Shown: positions 1 through 9,824 of the stretch, in pieces
Layout: every line of letters begins with the position of its first letter
Position numbering within the stretch: the stretch's first letter is position 1
From: Deltaproteobacteria bacterium
Lineage (GTDB): Bacteria; Desulfobacterota; Desulfomonilia; UBA1062
NCBI GenBank assembly: GCA_011046135.1
Contig: DSBG01000137.1
Span: 23,536 to 87,535, forward strand
Direction: 5' to 3'
DNA length: 64,000 nucleotides
Translations under genes and position numbers: made by a program
Notes under the pieces: generated by a model
Databases searched by the model: none
The model's input: the letters and a program-made list of their open reading frames with translations, nothing else
What the model was told of the DNA's origin: nothing

Positions 1-94
1 CGAGGATGCCGCCGCCTGTGATGATCTGTTCGCACAGGTACTCGGAGTCCACAAGATTCTTGTGGCACCCCAGGCTTATCACAGAGTAGCGCAT
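1..94 (-). CDS. rimO: Ribosomal protein S12 methylthiotransferase RimO, N-terminal part (runs off the window edge)
   Basis: Manual translation from ATG at 94: MRYSVISLGCHKNLVDSEYL..., matching the xSLGCxKNLVDSE N-terminal motif of RimO. Not in the supplied ORF track. Confidence 0.8.
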   Translation of the reverse strand, partial: MRYSVISLGCHKNLVDSEYLCEQIITGGGIL

Positions 95-106
95 GCTCGG
101 AAAGTT

Positions 107-1336
107 TCAGTTGAAGGCCGTGTTTCTGGGAATCACGACAATCCCTCCGGGAGAGACATCGTAGAGTTTCTTGTCCTGTTCGAAGTCAAACCCGATGGTG
201 GTCCCTGGAGGGATTCTCACATACTTGTCGATGATGGCCCGGCGGATCTTGCAGTTCCTTCCTACGTCGACACCTTCCAAGATGATGGAATCCGACACTT
301 CGGCATAGCTGTTTACCCGAACATTGGGCGAGATGATCGATCGTATGACCATTCCTCCCGAGATGATGGCGCCGTTGCTCACGATGGAATCAAATACCGT
401 GCCTATTCGCTTGCCGTCCTCGCCCCCGGAAAAGATCATTTTAGCAGGGGGATACGGGCTGTACACGGTGTGAACGGGCCAATCGGGATTATATAGGTTA
501 CAGCTGGGAGTAACGGAAACCAGATCCATGTTGGCATCATAGTACGCATCCAACGTCCCGATGTCTCGCCAGTACTCGTTGTTCATGATTCCCTCGAAGC
601 GGAATGCCATAAGGCGGTGGTGTCTGAGCATCCTGGGAATGACGTCCTTGCCGAAATCATGGGAACTTGACTTGAGCTTTGCATCCTCGATGAGCTGTTT
701 GATGAGCACGTCAGTTCTAAAGACATAGATTCCCATGGACACCAGGATCTTCGAAGGATCACCTGGCAGGGTGCTGGGATGTTTCTTGGGTTTTTCCTGG
801 AACCCCTCAATGGTGTTGTCAGGTCGCATATTCACCACACCGAAGCTCGGCGCTGTCTCGACGGGCATGGGGACTACGCCCAGCGTCGCATCGGCGTCCT
901 GCTGGTCATGGAACCTGATCATGTCGAGGTAATTCATCTGGTAAATGTGGTCTCCTGAAAGGATGAGGGTATAGGTGGGATTTTCCTGCTGGAGGGTGTA
1001 GATGTTCTGAAATACGGCGTCTGCCGTCCCCTCGTACCAGCTGCTTCCGATCCGCTGCTGGGCAGGGATGTTGTAGATGAATTCACCGGTAGGGTAGGAG
1101 AAAAACGGCAGCCACCCCCTCTGGATATGGCGGTCAAGGGAAAGCGACTTGTACTGAGAGAGCACGTAGATTCTTTTCAGACCGGAGTTGACGACATTGG
1201 ACAGGGTGAAGTCGATGATGCGGTACATTCCCCCGAAGGGTACGGCAGGCTTCGCCCGGTCCTTGGTCAACGGGTAGAGACGTTCCCCTTTTCCTCCCCC
1301 GAGAATGATCACTTCAATGTCGTGCTCGTGGAACAT
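107..1336 (-). CDS. glgC: Glucose-1-phosphate adenylyltransferase
   Basis: GGGKGERLYPLT, RAKPAVPFGG, ILSGDHIY, DFGKDVIP and YWRDIGT motifs; C-terminal left-handed beta-helix. Confidence 0.95.
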   Translation of the reverse strand: MFHEHDIEVIILGGGKGERLYPLTKDRAKPAVPFGGMYRIIDFTLSNVVNSGLKRIYVLSQYKSLSLDRHIQRGWLPFFSYPTGEFIYNIPAQQRIGSSWYEGTADAVFQNIYTLQQENPTYTLILSGDHIYQMNYLDMIRFHDQQDADATLGVVPMPVETAPSFGVVNMRPDNTIEGFQEKPKKHPSTLPGDPSKILVSMGIYVFRTDVLIKQLIEDAKLKSSSHDFGKDVIPRMLRHHRLMAFRFEGIMNNEYWRDIGTLDAYYDANMDLVSVTPSCNLYNPDWPVHTVYSPYPPAKMIFSGGEDGKRIGTVFDSIVSNGAIISGGMVIRSIISPNVRVNSYAEVSDSIILEGVDVGRNCKIRRAIIDKYVRIPPGTTIGFDFEQDKKLYDVSPGGIVVIPRNTAFN

Positions 1337-1692
1337 TATTCTCCTATGAGTTCATGGATCACGTGCTTGAGTTTTTTCAGGTCGTGGGATTTCACCACAA
1401 AGGCGTCTGCCGCCATTGCCATGACATCATTTTTATAACTCGGGTAGGCAGTATGGATGACAACCGGTGTTGCCAGAGACGATTTGAGGAGATGCCCCAT
1501 GGTCTCCAAGCCATCCATCCGGGGCATTCGGAGATCAAGGATGATGAGATCGGGCTTCTCATCGCCCTGCAGACGATTCAGTGCATCCTTGCCGTTTGCC
1601 GCTGTATCGATGATGTATCCCTCGTCGTTCAGCTCATCTTTCAGGAGCGTCTGCACATTCTTGTCATCTTCTACAACCAGTATCCTCTTCAC
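1336..1692 (-). CDS. Single-domain response regulator (REC)
   Basis: ILVVEDD, DLIILDLRMPRMDG, TAY and VVK receiver motifs. Start moved to GTG 1692 on promoter geometry. Stop overlaps the glgC start (TAATG). Confidence 0.88.
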   Translation of the reverse strand: MKRILVVEDDKNVQTLLKDELNDEGYIIDTAANGKDALNRLQGDEKPDLIILDLRMPRMDGLETMGHLLKSSLATPVVIHTAYPSYKNDVMAMAADAFVVKSHDLKKLKHVIHELIGE

Positions 1693-1699
1693 CGTGTAC

Positions 1700-1728
1700 A
1701 TAATAGTACGGGCGATAACCAGTGTCAA
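1700..1728 (-). promoter_or_regulatory. Sigma70-type promoter, probably leaderless, for response regulator-glgC-rimO
   Basis: Minus strand reads TTGACA-17 nt-TATTAT-7 nt-GTG; no SD. Confidence 0.7.
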
Positions 1729-1771
1729 ATGCTGCCAGCTTTTTCCCCGCAGCTCTTTACAAGCGATCTCG

Positions 1772-2152
1772 TCAGTTCTTCAGAGGTTTTGTCGCCAAGG
1801 AGACCCTGGTGTGATTCGTCGATCTCAGTGCGTCGAGCACCTCTACCACCCGGTAATACGGGAGTTCTCTCGATGCGAGAATAATGATGTCCCGGTCATG
1901 GGGGAGAGAGGAGAGGGCCTGCAGCGACGTTGACGTTCCGTCAACCGTGATTCCATCAGGAGTAATGGCCAGAGCGAGCGCCTCTGTGACGAGGGATTTT
2001 CCGCTGGATGAGCCTGGCAGCATGACATCACTCAGGTTTATGGCGGAGCCTATGGAGAGCATGAAGAAGATGAGCAGCAGAAACACCACGTCCACCAGCG
2101 GTGTGATATCCAGTGCGGAAATAGTCTTATCTCGTTTCCTTCTGAACCTCAT
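1772..2152 (-). CDS. exbD: ExbD/TolR family biopolymer transport protein
   Basis: LDITPLVDVVFLLLIFFM transmembrane motif; C-terminal YxxVVEVLD. Confidence 0.88.
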   Translation of the reverse strand: MRFRRKRDKTISALDITPLVDVVFLLLIFFMLSIGSAINLSDVMLPGSSSGKSLVTEALALAITPDGITVDGTSTSLQALSSLPHDRDIIILASRELPYYRVVEVLDALRSTNHTRVSLATKPLKN

Positions 2153-2762
2153 AGTTTTCGCCCTTGAGATATTCCAGGATCCTCGCAGAGGTTTTTTCCA
2201 TTTCCAGGAGGAGGTAATCGCTCCTGGCGATGAAAAAGCGGTAGAAGATATAGACCGGGATCCCTATGGAGAGGCCGGTTGCCGTGGTTATGAGGGCCTC
2301 TGATATCCCTGCGGCGAGCATCTGGCTCTCGCTCCCGGTGCCTCCCACTGCCTGGAAGGAGGTGATCATCCCGGAGACTGTTCCCAGGAGGCCGAGAAGG
2401 GGACAGATGGTTGCTATGATTCCGAGAATATCGATATACCGCTCGATGGCATATGCCTCACTCGCACCTGCCTCCTCCATGTAGTCCTTGATGATCTCTC
2501 TGCGCATGCCCGCATTCTTGATGGCAACACCGATGACCGAGCAGATGGGGGAGGTATTTCTCTTGAGCAGCTGATCGATATCATTGAGCCTTCCCATGCG
2601 CGTCAGGCGTTCAACCTCCTCCACGAGATCTTTGGGAATGATCTTGGCCTGCCTGAGCGCGAAGATCCGTTCGATAATGATGGCCAGGGCTATAATGGAA
2701 CAGGACAGCAGGGGCCACATCATCGGGCCACCCTTGATGAAGAACTCCCACAATGTCATCAT
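2127..2762 (-). CDS. exbB: MotA/TolQ/ExbB proton channel family protein
   Basis: GGPMMWPL, PLLGLLGTVSGMI and GISEALITTATGL motifs; start set at the MMTLWEFF Met after a G-rich SD. Confidence 0.88.
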   Translation of the reverse strand: MMTLWEFFIKGGPMMWPLLSCSIIALAIIIERIFALRQAKIIPKDLVEEVERLTRMGRLNDIDQLLKRNTSPICSVIGVAIKNAGMRREIIKDYMEEAGASEAYAIERYIDILGIIATICPLLGLLGTVSGMITSFQAVGGTGSESQMLAAGISEALITTATGLSIGIPVYIFYRFFIARSDYLLLEMEKTSARILEYLKGENYEVQKETR

Positions 2763-2934
2763 TCCCCCCCATGAATATGAAGCGTATCTCTCCTGTACCA
2801 TAGATGGAGGTCTTTGCCTATTTTCTTTCTCAATGCAGTCAAGAGAACACGTCTTGGTGAGTACGTGATGCCGGGCGCCTCGTTTCGTATCTCCTGGTGG
2901 CGAACAGCACGCTTACGTGTGTGAAAAGATGTTC

Positions 2935-2964
2935 TTGATAAATGCAGTACAAGATTGCTAACAT
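2935..2964 (+). promoter_or_regulatory. Sigma70-type extended -10 promoter, probably leaderless
   Basis: TTGATA-18 nt (ending TGC)-TAACAT-7 nt-ATG(2972); no SD. Confidence 0.6.
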
Positions 2965-2971
2965 GGCCGCG

Positions 2972-3994
2972 ATGGAACAGACAGAAGACACCGAGCAGAA
3001 AGAACACGCAATTCAACCGGAGAAACCGAAGAGACTGGTATGTGTGCGTTTCCCCGCCATTCCAACACCCTACATCTTTGATGCCCTTGATTTTGAACTT
3101 GCAGAGGGTGAACTCGTCATCGTGAACACCGAGTCGGGACTCTGTGCGGCAAAGGTCATCGGGTATACCACGGAAGAGGAAGCCTCCGGCCTCGATGAGA
3201 TCAAGCCCGTTCTCAGGAAGCTCACGAAAGATGACAGGATCAAGCTGGAAAGGATACAGGCAAAGGAGAAGGAATGCTTCGCCTTCTGCCAGACCCGCAT
3301 CGCTGAGCGGAAGCTTCCCATGAAGCTCACGCGGGTTGAGCAGCTGTTCGATGAAAACAAGATCACCTTTTACTTCGTTGCGGAAGGGAGAGTGGATTTC
3401 CGGGATCTTTTGAAGGATCTGGTGGACAAGTACAGGACCAGAATAGAACTGAGACAGATAGGAACCAGGCAGGAATCAGCCATGCTCGGTGGCATCGGCA
3501 GCTGCGGGAGAGAGCTGTGTTGCTCCACCTTCCTCACCGGGTTTCAGCGGATTTCGGTCAAGATGGCAAAGAATCAGAACATGACGCTCAACCCCATCAA
3601 GATTTCCGGACTCTGCGGTAAACTGAAGTGCTGCCTCGCCTATGAAAAAGACTCCTACGCCAATCTCATCGAGAACCTCCCCAAGCCGGGAAAGAAGGTG
3701 TTCCTGGAGCAGGGAGAAGCAACGGTGGTGAGCATCAATGTCATCAACCAGAGTTTCGTTGCAAAGCTATCCGACAGGCGCTTCATCAAGTCTTCGGTCT
3801 CCGATATCATTTCCGAGCAGGAATACCAGCAGCTGGTTGAACAGAAGCTTGCCGTTCATGAAAAGGAAAAGATTGCTCAGCAGGAGACTGCCCGGGGTGA
3901 GGGAGATCGATCCAATGAACCCGGACAAACGCAGTCAAAGAGAAGGAGATCCCGGAACAGGAGCGCCAAAAAGAAAAGGAAGAAGCAGCCATGA
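2972..3994 (+). CDS. PSP1 domain / RicT (YaaT) family Fe-S regulatory protein
   Basis: RVDFRDLLKDL, RIELRQIG, GGIGSCGRELCC and KISGLCGKLKCCLAYE motifs; basic low-complexity tail; adjacent to metG. Confidence 0.88.
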   Translation: MEQTEDTEQKEHAIQPEKPKRLVCVRFPAIPTPYIFDALDFELAEGELVIVNTESGLCAAKVIGYTTEEEASGLDEIKPVLRKLTKDDRIKLERIQAKEKECFAFCQTRIAERKLPMKLTRVEQLFDENKITFYFVAEGRVDFRDLLKDLVDKYRTRIELRQIGTRQESAMLGGIGSCGRELCCSTFLTGFQRISVKMAKNQNMTLNPIKISGLCGKLKCCLAYEKDSYANLIENLPKPGKKVFLEQGEATVVSINVINQSFVAKLSDRRFIKSSVSDIISEQEYQQLVEQKLAVHEKEKIAQQETARGEGDRSNEPGQTQSKRRRSRNRSAKKKRKKQP

Positions 3995-5871
3995 AGGAAC
4001 ACTTCTACATCACGACACCCATCTACTACGTGAATGCAAAACCCCACCTCGGCCATGTCTATACCACGGTGATTGCCGATGTCCTTGCCCGTTACCACAA
4101 GCTTTCCGGTGACAAGGTGTTCTTTCTCACCGGCACCGACGAACACGGCGACAAGATTATGGAAACCGCGAAGAAGCTCGGAACAACGCCGAAGCTCCTC
4201 GCAGATGAAAACAGCGGCCGGTTCAGGGATCTCTGGCCGGAACTCACCATAGAGAACGACCGGTTCATCAGAACCACCGATCCCGATCATGTGAGAACGG
4301 TCCAGGGGATTCTCCAGCGTGTCTATGAAAAGGGCGACATCTACTTCGGAGAGTATGGTGGAAACTACTGTGTGGGATGCGAGAGGTTCTATACCGAGAG
4401 CGAGATGGTGGACGGAACGTGCCCCATACACCAGACGGAGTTTGAATACCGCCAGGAACAGAACTACTTTTTCAGGATGGAGAAATACCGGCCCTGGCTT
4501 GTGGAACACATCAGGGAACACCCCGATTTCATTCGCCCCGAGAGGTATCGGAACGAGGTGCTGGGCATGCTCAGGGAGCCCCTCGACGACCTGTGCATCT
4601 CCAGACCGAAGACCAGGCTCACCTGGGGTATAGAACTGCCTTTTGATAAAAACTTTGTCTGTTATGTCTGGTTCGATGCCCTCATCAACTACCTCACCGG
4701 CATCGGATATCCCGACGGCAATGAATTCGAAGACTACTGGAAGGCATGTCAGCATCTTGTGGGCAAGGACATCCTGAAGCCCCATGCAGTGTACTGGTCC
4801 ACCATGCTCAAGGCCACCGGGGTGGACCCCTTCAGGCATCTCAATGTGCATGGATTCTGGAATATCGACCAGACAAAGATGTCAAAGAGTCTCGGCAACG
4901 TGGTCGACCCCATGGAGCTGAAGAACCGCTACGGAGTGGATGCCTTCCGCTATTTTCTCGTCAGAGAGATGGTTTTCGGGCTCGATTCCAACTTTTCGGA
5001 GGAAGCGCTTGTCGATCGCTACAATGCCGATCTCGCGAACGATCTCGGCAATCTCGTGAGCAGGAGCACCAGCATGGTGGAGCGGTATTTCGATGGAATT
5101 CTGCCGGAGACAGCGGGGCAGCTCCTCGAAGTGGATACCGGGCTCAGAGATCTCACGGAACGGATCGTCACAGGGTATCACGCGAAGATGGAGAACCTCG
5201 AAATGCACGCCGCCATGATCACGGTCTGGTCGCTTATATCCGCACTGAACAAGTACATCGACACGACGGCGCCCTGGGAACTTGCGAAAACAGACAGAGA
5301 TCGTCTCTCCACCGTGATGTATCACATCATGGAGTCCCTTCGTCACGTTGCCCTCATGGTCTTTCCGGTGATGCCCGAGACCTCGAAAAAGATCACAGCC
5401 CTGATCGGGTATCATGGGGAAATCAACTCAGAGGGGCTCTCATCGTTCGGCCAGCTCACGCCGGGAACGAAGATACTTTCAGGAAAAGCCCTTTTCCCAC
5501 GGGTGGAGAAGATCGCTCCAAAAGAGTGTGCGTCTCCCGAACAGGAGAACCTCATCGACATCGGTGAGTTTTCGCGTCTCAGGATCCTCGTAGGAGAGAT
5601 CCTCGATGCAAAACGAGTGAAGAACTCCGATAAACTCCTGGTGCTGCAGGTTGATGTGGGCAGAACAATTCAGATTGCAGCAGGGATTGCACGTGACTAT
5701 GCGCCCGAAGAGCTCACAGGAAAACACATCGCGGTTGTGACCAATCTGAAGCCGGTGAAACTCAGGGGTATTACCTCCGAGGGGATGCTGCTCGCCACAG
5801 ACACACCGGAAGGAACCCTTGCCCTGGTCACCTTCGACAGGGCTCCTTCGGTTGGCGCCAGGGTACGGTAG
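3991..5871 (+). CDS. metG: Methionine--tRNA ligase
   Basis: YITTPIYYVN, HLGH (HIGH), KMSKS, CxxC...CPxH knuckle and C-terminal tRNA-binding OB domain. Confidence 0.97.
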   Translation: MKEHFYITTPIYYVNAKPHLGHVYTTVIADVLARYHKLSGDKVFFLTGTDEHGDKIMETAKKLGTTPKLLADENSGRFRDLWPELTIENDRFIRTTDPDHVRTVQGILQRVYEKGDIYFGEYGGNYCVGCERFYTESEMVDGTCPIHQTEFEYRQEQNYFFRMEKYRPWLVEHIREHPDFIRPERYRNEVLGMLREPLDDLCISRPKTRLTWGIELPFDKNFVCYVWFDALINYLTGIGYPDGNEFEDYWKACQHLVGKDILKPHAVYWSTMLKATGVDPFRHLNVHGFWNIDQTKMSKSLGNVVDPMELKNRYGVDAFRYFLVREMVFGLDSNFSEEALVDRYNADLANDLGNLVSRSTSMVERYFDGILPETAGQLLEVDTGLRDLTERIVTGYHAKMENLEMHAAMITVWSLISALNKYIDTTAPWELAKTDRDRLSTVMYHIMESLRHVALMVFPVMPETSKKITALIGYHGEINSEGLSSFGQLTPGTKILSGKALFPRVEKIAPKECASPEQENLIDIGEFSRLRILVGEILDAKRVKNSDKLLVLQVDVGRTIQIAAGIARDYAPEELTGKHIAVVTNLKPVKLRGITSEGMLLATDTPEGTLALVTFDRAPSVGARVR

Positions 5872-5887
5872 GGATTTCGGGGCCGCG

Positions 5888-6229
5888 ATGCAGAAGGTTC
5901 CCATCAATCTCGTGCGGCCTGGGATGGTTCTCGCACGAGCTGTGAGGAACGACAAGGGGATGGCTCTGTGCGCAGAGGGAACCGAGCTCAATGCGATCAT
6001 TCTCGAACGGCTCAAGAAGATGAACGTTGAGAGCCTCGTGGTGAAGGGTCATCCGGTTGATAGAGGCGATGAAAATACCCTGGAACAGAAAATCGCTGAG
6101 ACGGAATACCGGTTCTCCCGGGTGAAGGGTGATCCCATCATGGAGGATCTGAAGGCTTCGGTGCTCAGTGCCCTGAAGGTACAGGGGCGCGCGGAAGAGA
6201 CCACGTCGGGAGAGCCGGACCATGGATAG
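5888..6229 (+). CDS. Small hypothetical protein resembling the N-terminal domain of HD-GYP/HDOD proteins
   Basis: PGMVLARAV...G..L...GTEL...ILERLKKMNVESLVV pattern; overlaps the start of the HDOD gene. Confidence 0.7.
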   Translation: MQKVPINLVRPGMVLARAVRNDKGMALCAEGTELNAIILERLKKMNVESLVVKGHPVDRGDENTLEQKIAETEYRFSRVKGDPIMEDLKASVLSALKVQGRAEETTSGEPDHG

Positions 6230-7064
6230 GTCTCAGCAGCTCAAGGCTATCACGAAGCGGATACAGAGCCTGCCGACGTTACCACAGGTTGTGAACAAGC
6301 TCACCACCATGGTGGAAAGCCCCGAAGTAACGGCCAAGGATGTCGGAAAGCTTATCGGCTCCGATCAGGTGCTGGGAGCGAAAGTATTGAGGCTTGTCAA
6401 TTCACCCTTCTACGGATTTCCAGGACGGATTTCTTCTATCAGTCATGCCATCATTCTCCTCGGATTCAACGTGATCAAGGGCGTTGTCCTGTCCGCATCG
6501 GTGTTCGATCTCATGGAAAAATCCATGATCGGTCTCTGGGAGCACTCACTCGGGTGTGCTGTGGTCTCTGGAAGGATCTGCCGGGTCCTGAATCTCAGCG
6601 ATCCTGAAGAAATATCCACGGCCGCTCTGCTGCACGACATCGGCAAGGTTCTCATCAGGGTTTCCCTTCAAGATGATTACGAGAAGATCAGGGGTCTGGT
6701 GGAGAACAGGAACTATTCCTTCAGGGAAGCGGAACTTGAGATTCTGGGTCTCGACCATGCCCAGATCGGATCGTGGCTTGCCCAGGAATGGAAGCTCCCG
6801 GAGCGGCTCACCATTCCCATCACCTTCCACCATGAGCCACACAAGGCACCCAAGATCAGGGAGCGGGTATCCATCGTCCATGTTGCAGACAGTATTGTTC
6901 GTGCCTTTGGTGTGGGCAGTGGTGGTGATCCATGGGTTTCCCGGATCTCTCCTTCTGCGTGGGAGACCCTGGGACTCTCGAGGTTCGATCTCAAGGAGAT
7001 GGCCTCACAGATCCTGGACGACCTGGCAGAAGCCGACGCCCGTCTCGGTGCCCCGGAGGACTAG
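6222..7064 (+). CDS. HDOD domain protein
   Basis: LPTLP, KVLRLVNSPFYG, LWEHS, LLHDIGK, DHAQIG..LAQEWKLP and HHEP motifs. Confidence 0.9.
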   Translation: MDRSQQLKAITKRIQSLPTLPQVVNKLTTMVESPEVTAKDVGKLIGSDQVLGAKVLRLVNSPFYGFPGRISSISHAIILLGFNVIKGVVLSASVFDLMEKSMIGLWEHSLGCAVVSGRICRVLNLSDPEEISTAALLHDIGKVLIRVSLQDDYEKIRGLVENRNYSFREAELEILGLDHAQIGSWLAQEWKLPERLTIPITFHHEPHKAPKIRERVSIVHVADSIVRAFGVGSGGDPWVSRISPSAWETLGLSRFDLKEMASQILDDLAEADARLGAPED

Positions 7065-7067
7065 GCA

Positions 7068-7991
7068 GTGAAGGCAATCATCATTGTCAAAGACAGGGTT
7101 GAAAAAAAGATTGCATCCCTGATCGAGGAATTTTTTGAATCTGTTCAGGTGATTCTGAGCAGTCAGGACTACGTTTCGCTGATCTACATGGATCCTCCCG
7201 ACATCATTCTCATAGACAGGCCCTCGCTGTTCTCCAATGAGGAAAGGATCGTCCAGGAATTCAGGACAAATACCATCTTCGGGCACCTGCCGATCGTGGC
7301 TGTTCTGACGGCTGACGATCTGCCCGAAAAGACCTGGAAGGAGATCCCCATCGATGACTTCATAAACGCAGACGATGATGCTCAGGCCATCATGAGCCGC
7401 CTGGAATTCATCGCCAAGCGTTCACTCAGAGACATCGACACCAATCCCCTCTCGAGGCTTCCCGGAAACGAATCCGTCATCCGGCATATCCAGCGCATGT
7501 TTGACGAGGGCAGAGACGTTGCTGTCGCATGGGTTGACATCGATAACTTCAAGCCCTTCAACGATCGCTACGGTTTTTCCCGGGGGGATGAAGTGATTCT
7601 TGCCACGGCACGGATCATCACCAATGCGGTCAGAGAAATCAACGATTCTTTGAGCTTTGTCGGTCACATCGGAGGCGATGATTTCGTATTCATCTGTCCG
7701 GGCAGGGATGCAAGAACCCTGTGTGAAGAGATCATAGAACGGTTTGACCTGGTCATCAGAAATTTCTACAATGAGGAGGACCTGGCCAACGACGGTATCA
7801 CGACGACTACCCGTGAGGGGACGGAGAAGGCGTTTCCCGTGATGACTATCTCCATCGCTGTGGTGATAAACCGTGGGAGCAGCTACAGCCACTATGGAGA
7901 GGCATCCCGTGATGCCACGGACATTAAGAAATACATAAAATCCCTGGAGGGGAGCAACTTCATGATCGATCGGAGGGGAGCCGGGGCGTGA
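7068..7991 (+). CDS. Diguanylate cyclase (degenerate receiver + GGDEF domain)
   Basis: NPLSRLPGN, DIDNFKPFNDRYGFSRGDEVI and GHIGGDDF motifs; N-terminal REC-like region (PPDIILID). Confidence 0.88.
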   Translation: MKAIIIVKDRVEKKIASLIEEFFESVQVILSSQDYVSLIYMDPPDIILIDRPSLFSNEERIVQEFRTNTIFGHLPIVAVLTADDLPEKTWKEIPIDDFINADDDAQAIMSRLEFIAKRSLRDIDTNPLSRLPGNESVIRHIQRMFDEGRDVAVAWVDIDNFKPFNDRYGFSRGDEVILATARIITNAVREINDSLSFVGHIGGDDFVFICPGRDARTLCEEIIERFDLVIRNFYNEEDLANDGITTTTREGTEKAFPVMTISIAVVINRGSSYSHYGEASRDATDIKKYIKSLEGSNFMIDRRGAGA

Positions 7992-9289
7992 TAGAGAGAT
8001 ACACGAGAAAAGAGCTTGGCAGAATCTGGTCCGATGAAAACAGGTACCAGAAATGGATGGATGTCGAGATTGCCGTGTGCGAAGCCTGGGAGAGGCTCGG
8101 CAGCATTCCACGGGAGAGTCTCGAGCACATCAAACGCAGCGCTACCTTCAGCGTTTCACGGATAGAGGAGATCGAAGAGATCACCAGACATGATGTCATC
8201 GCTTTTATCTCCTGCCTTGCCGAGCATGTGGGAGACGATGCCCGCTACATTCACATGGGGCTGACCTCTTCGGATGTGCTCGACACCGCCTACGCGTTGC
8301 AGCTCAAGGAGAGCAGCCTCATCATTACCGATGACATCAGGGCGCTCATGGCGTGTCTGAAGAAGAAGGCTTTTGAGTACAAGCACACCCCCATCATGGG
8401 AAGATCCCACGGAATCCACGCAGAACCAACAACCTTCGGCCTCAAGTTTGCTCTGTGGTTCGCTGAGATGGAGCGGAATCTCAAACGGTTGGAAGATGCC
8501 CTGGAGGTGATTTCCTACGGGAAGATCTCCGGTGCCGTGGGAACGTTCGCAAACGTTCCTCCTGAAGTGGAAGCATTCGCCTGTGAACGGCTCGGGCTGA
8601 AGGCAGCCCCCATAAGCACCCAGGTGCTCCAGAGAGACAGGCATGCCCAGTTCTTTGCCACCTGTGCGATCATCGGCGCCACGATCGAAAAAATAGCCAC
8701 CGAGATCAGGCATCTTCAGAGAACAGAGGTGCTTGAAGCCATGGAGCCGTTCGGAACAGGGCAGAAGGGATCCTCTGCCATGCCTCACAAGAAGAACCCG
8801 ATCCTTTCCGAAAACATCACGGGACTGTCCCGGCTTCTCAGGGGATACTGCGTCGCTGCGCTGGAGAACGTGGCGTTGTGGCACGAGCGTGATATCAGTC
8901 ACTCCAGTGCGGAGCGGGTGATGGGCCCTGATGCAACAACGATTCTCGATTTCTCCCTGGTTCGGCTTTCCTCGATCATTGAGGGGCTGGTGGTCTTTCC
9001 GGAAAACATGCTCAGGAATATCGATCTCACGGGGGGGCTGTGGCACTCTCAGGGGGTCCTGCTTGCACTGGTGGACAAGGGGCTTGCCCGGGATGAGGCC
9101 TACCGTCTGGTTCAGCGCACTGCCCTGGAGGTGTGGGAGACCAGGGGTGACTTCAAAGATCACCTGAAAAAAGACCCAGACATCATGGGGGTCCTCACGG
9201 AGGATGAGCTCGAAGGGCTCTTCGATCTTTCCCACCACCTGGGCCACGTTGAGACAATCTTTGAAAGGGTGTTCCATGAGCAGCATTGA
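7988..9289 (+). CDS. purB: Adenylosuccinate lyase
   Basis: MIERY start, HMGLTSSD, GRSHGIHAEPTTFG, GSSAMPHKKNP and WHERDISHSS motifs. Confidence 0.97.
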   Translation: MIERYTRKELGRIWSDENRYQKWMDVEIAVCEAWERLGSIPRESLEHIKRSATFSVSRIEEIEEITRHDVIAFISCLAEHVGDDARYIHMGLTSSDVLDTAYALQLKESSLIITDDIRALMACLKKKAFEYKHTPIMGRSHGIHAEPTTFGLKFALWFAEMERNLKRLEDALEVISYGKISGAVGTFANVPPEVEAFACERLGLKAAPISTQVLQRDRHAQFFATCAIIGATIEKIATEIRHLQRTEVLEAMEPFGTGQKGSSAMPHKKNPILSENITGLSRLLRGYCVAALENVALWHERDISHSSAERVMGPDATTILDFSLVRLSSIIEGLVVFPENMLRNIDLTGGLWHSQGVLLALVDKGLARDEAYRLVQRTALEVWETRGDFKDHLKKDPDIMGVLTEDELEGLFDLSHHLGHVETIFERVFHEQH

Positions 9290-9824
9290 TGAGTTGCGAA
9301 CGCTGGTGATACAGGATGCCGTGAAAATCGGCACGTTCACCCTTGCTTCAGGCAGGGTATCCGATCTCTATGTGGATATGAGGAAGGTGACGCTGAATCC
9401 CAAGGGGGCCTTTCTCATCGGATCGATCATTACCGAGATGATCTCGGGCCGGGAGGTCGATGCTGTCGGCGGAATGAGTCTCGGGGCGGACCCGATCGCC
9501 GTGGCCACGAGCATCGTGGCCTTTCAGTCCGGCAGGCATGTCGTTTCTTTTCTCGTGAGAAAGGCACAGAAGGATCACGGAACCCGAAATCTCATCGAAG
9601 GGCCCATTGCTCCTGGGATGAAGGCAGTGATCGTTGAGGACGTGATCACCACCGGTGCCAGTACGATCGCTGCAATCGAGCGTGTCCGGGACGCAGGCAT
9701 GTCCATTGACATGGTGGTGGCGATTTTTGACCGGTGCGAAGGAGGCAAGGAAGCCATAGAATCCCTTGGGATAGAGGTGCGCTCCATCCTCAGCAGGAAG
9801 GACATTCTTTCCTCCACTCCATAA
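9276..9824 (+). CDS. pyrE: Orotate phosphoribosyltransferase
   Basis: FTLASGRVSDLYVD, RKAQKDHG and the VEDVITTGAS PRPP-binding loop. Confidence 0.95.
   Translation: MSSIDELRTLVIQDAVKIGTFTLASGRVSDLYVDMRKVTLNPKGAFLIGSIITEMISGREVDAVGGMSLGADPIAVATSIVAFQSGRHVVSFLVRKAQKDHGTRNLIEGPIAPGMKAVIVEDVITTGASTIAAIERVRDAGMSIDMVVAIFDRCEGGKEAIESLGIEVRSILSRKDILSSTP

Noticed and set aside
7520-7690. Possible Hypr-type (cGAMP-forming) GGDEF enzyme
   Set aside because: The specificity position retains Asp (RGDEVI) rather than Ser/Thr, consistent with ordinary c-di-GMP synthesis.
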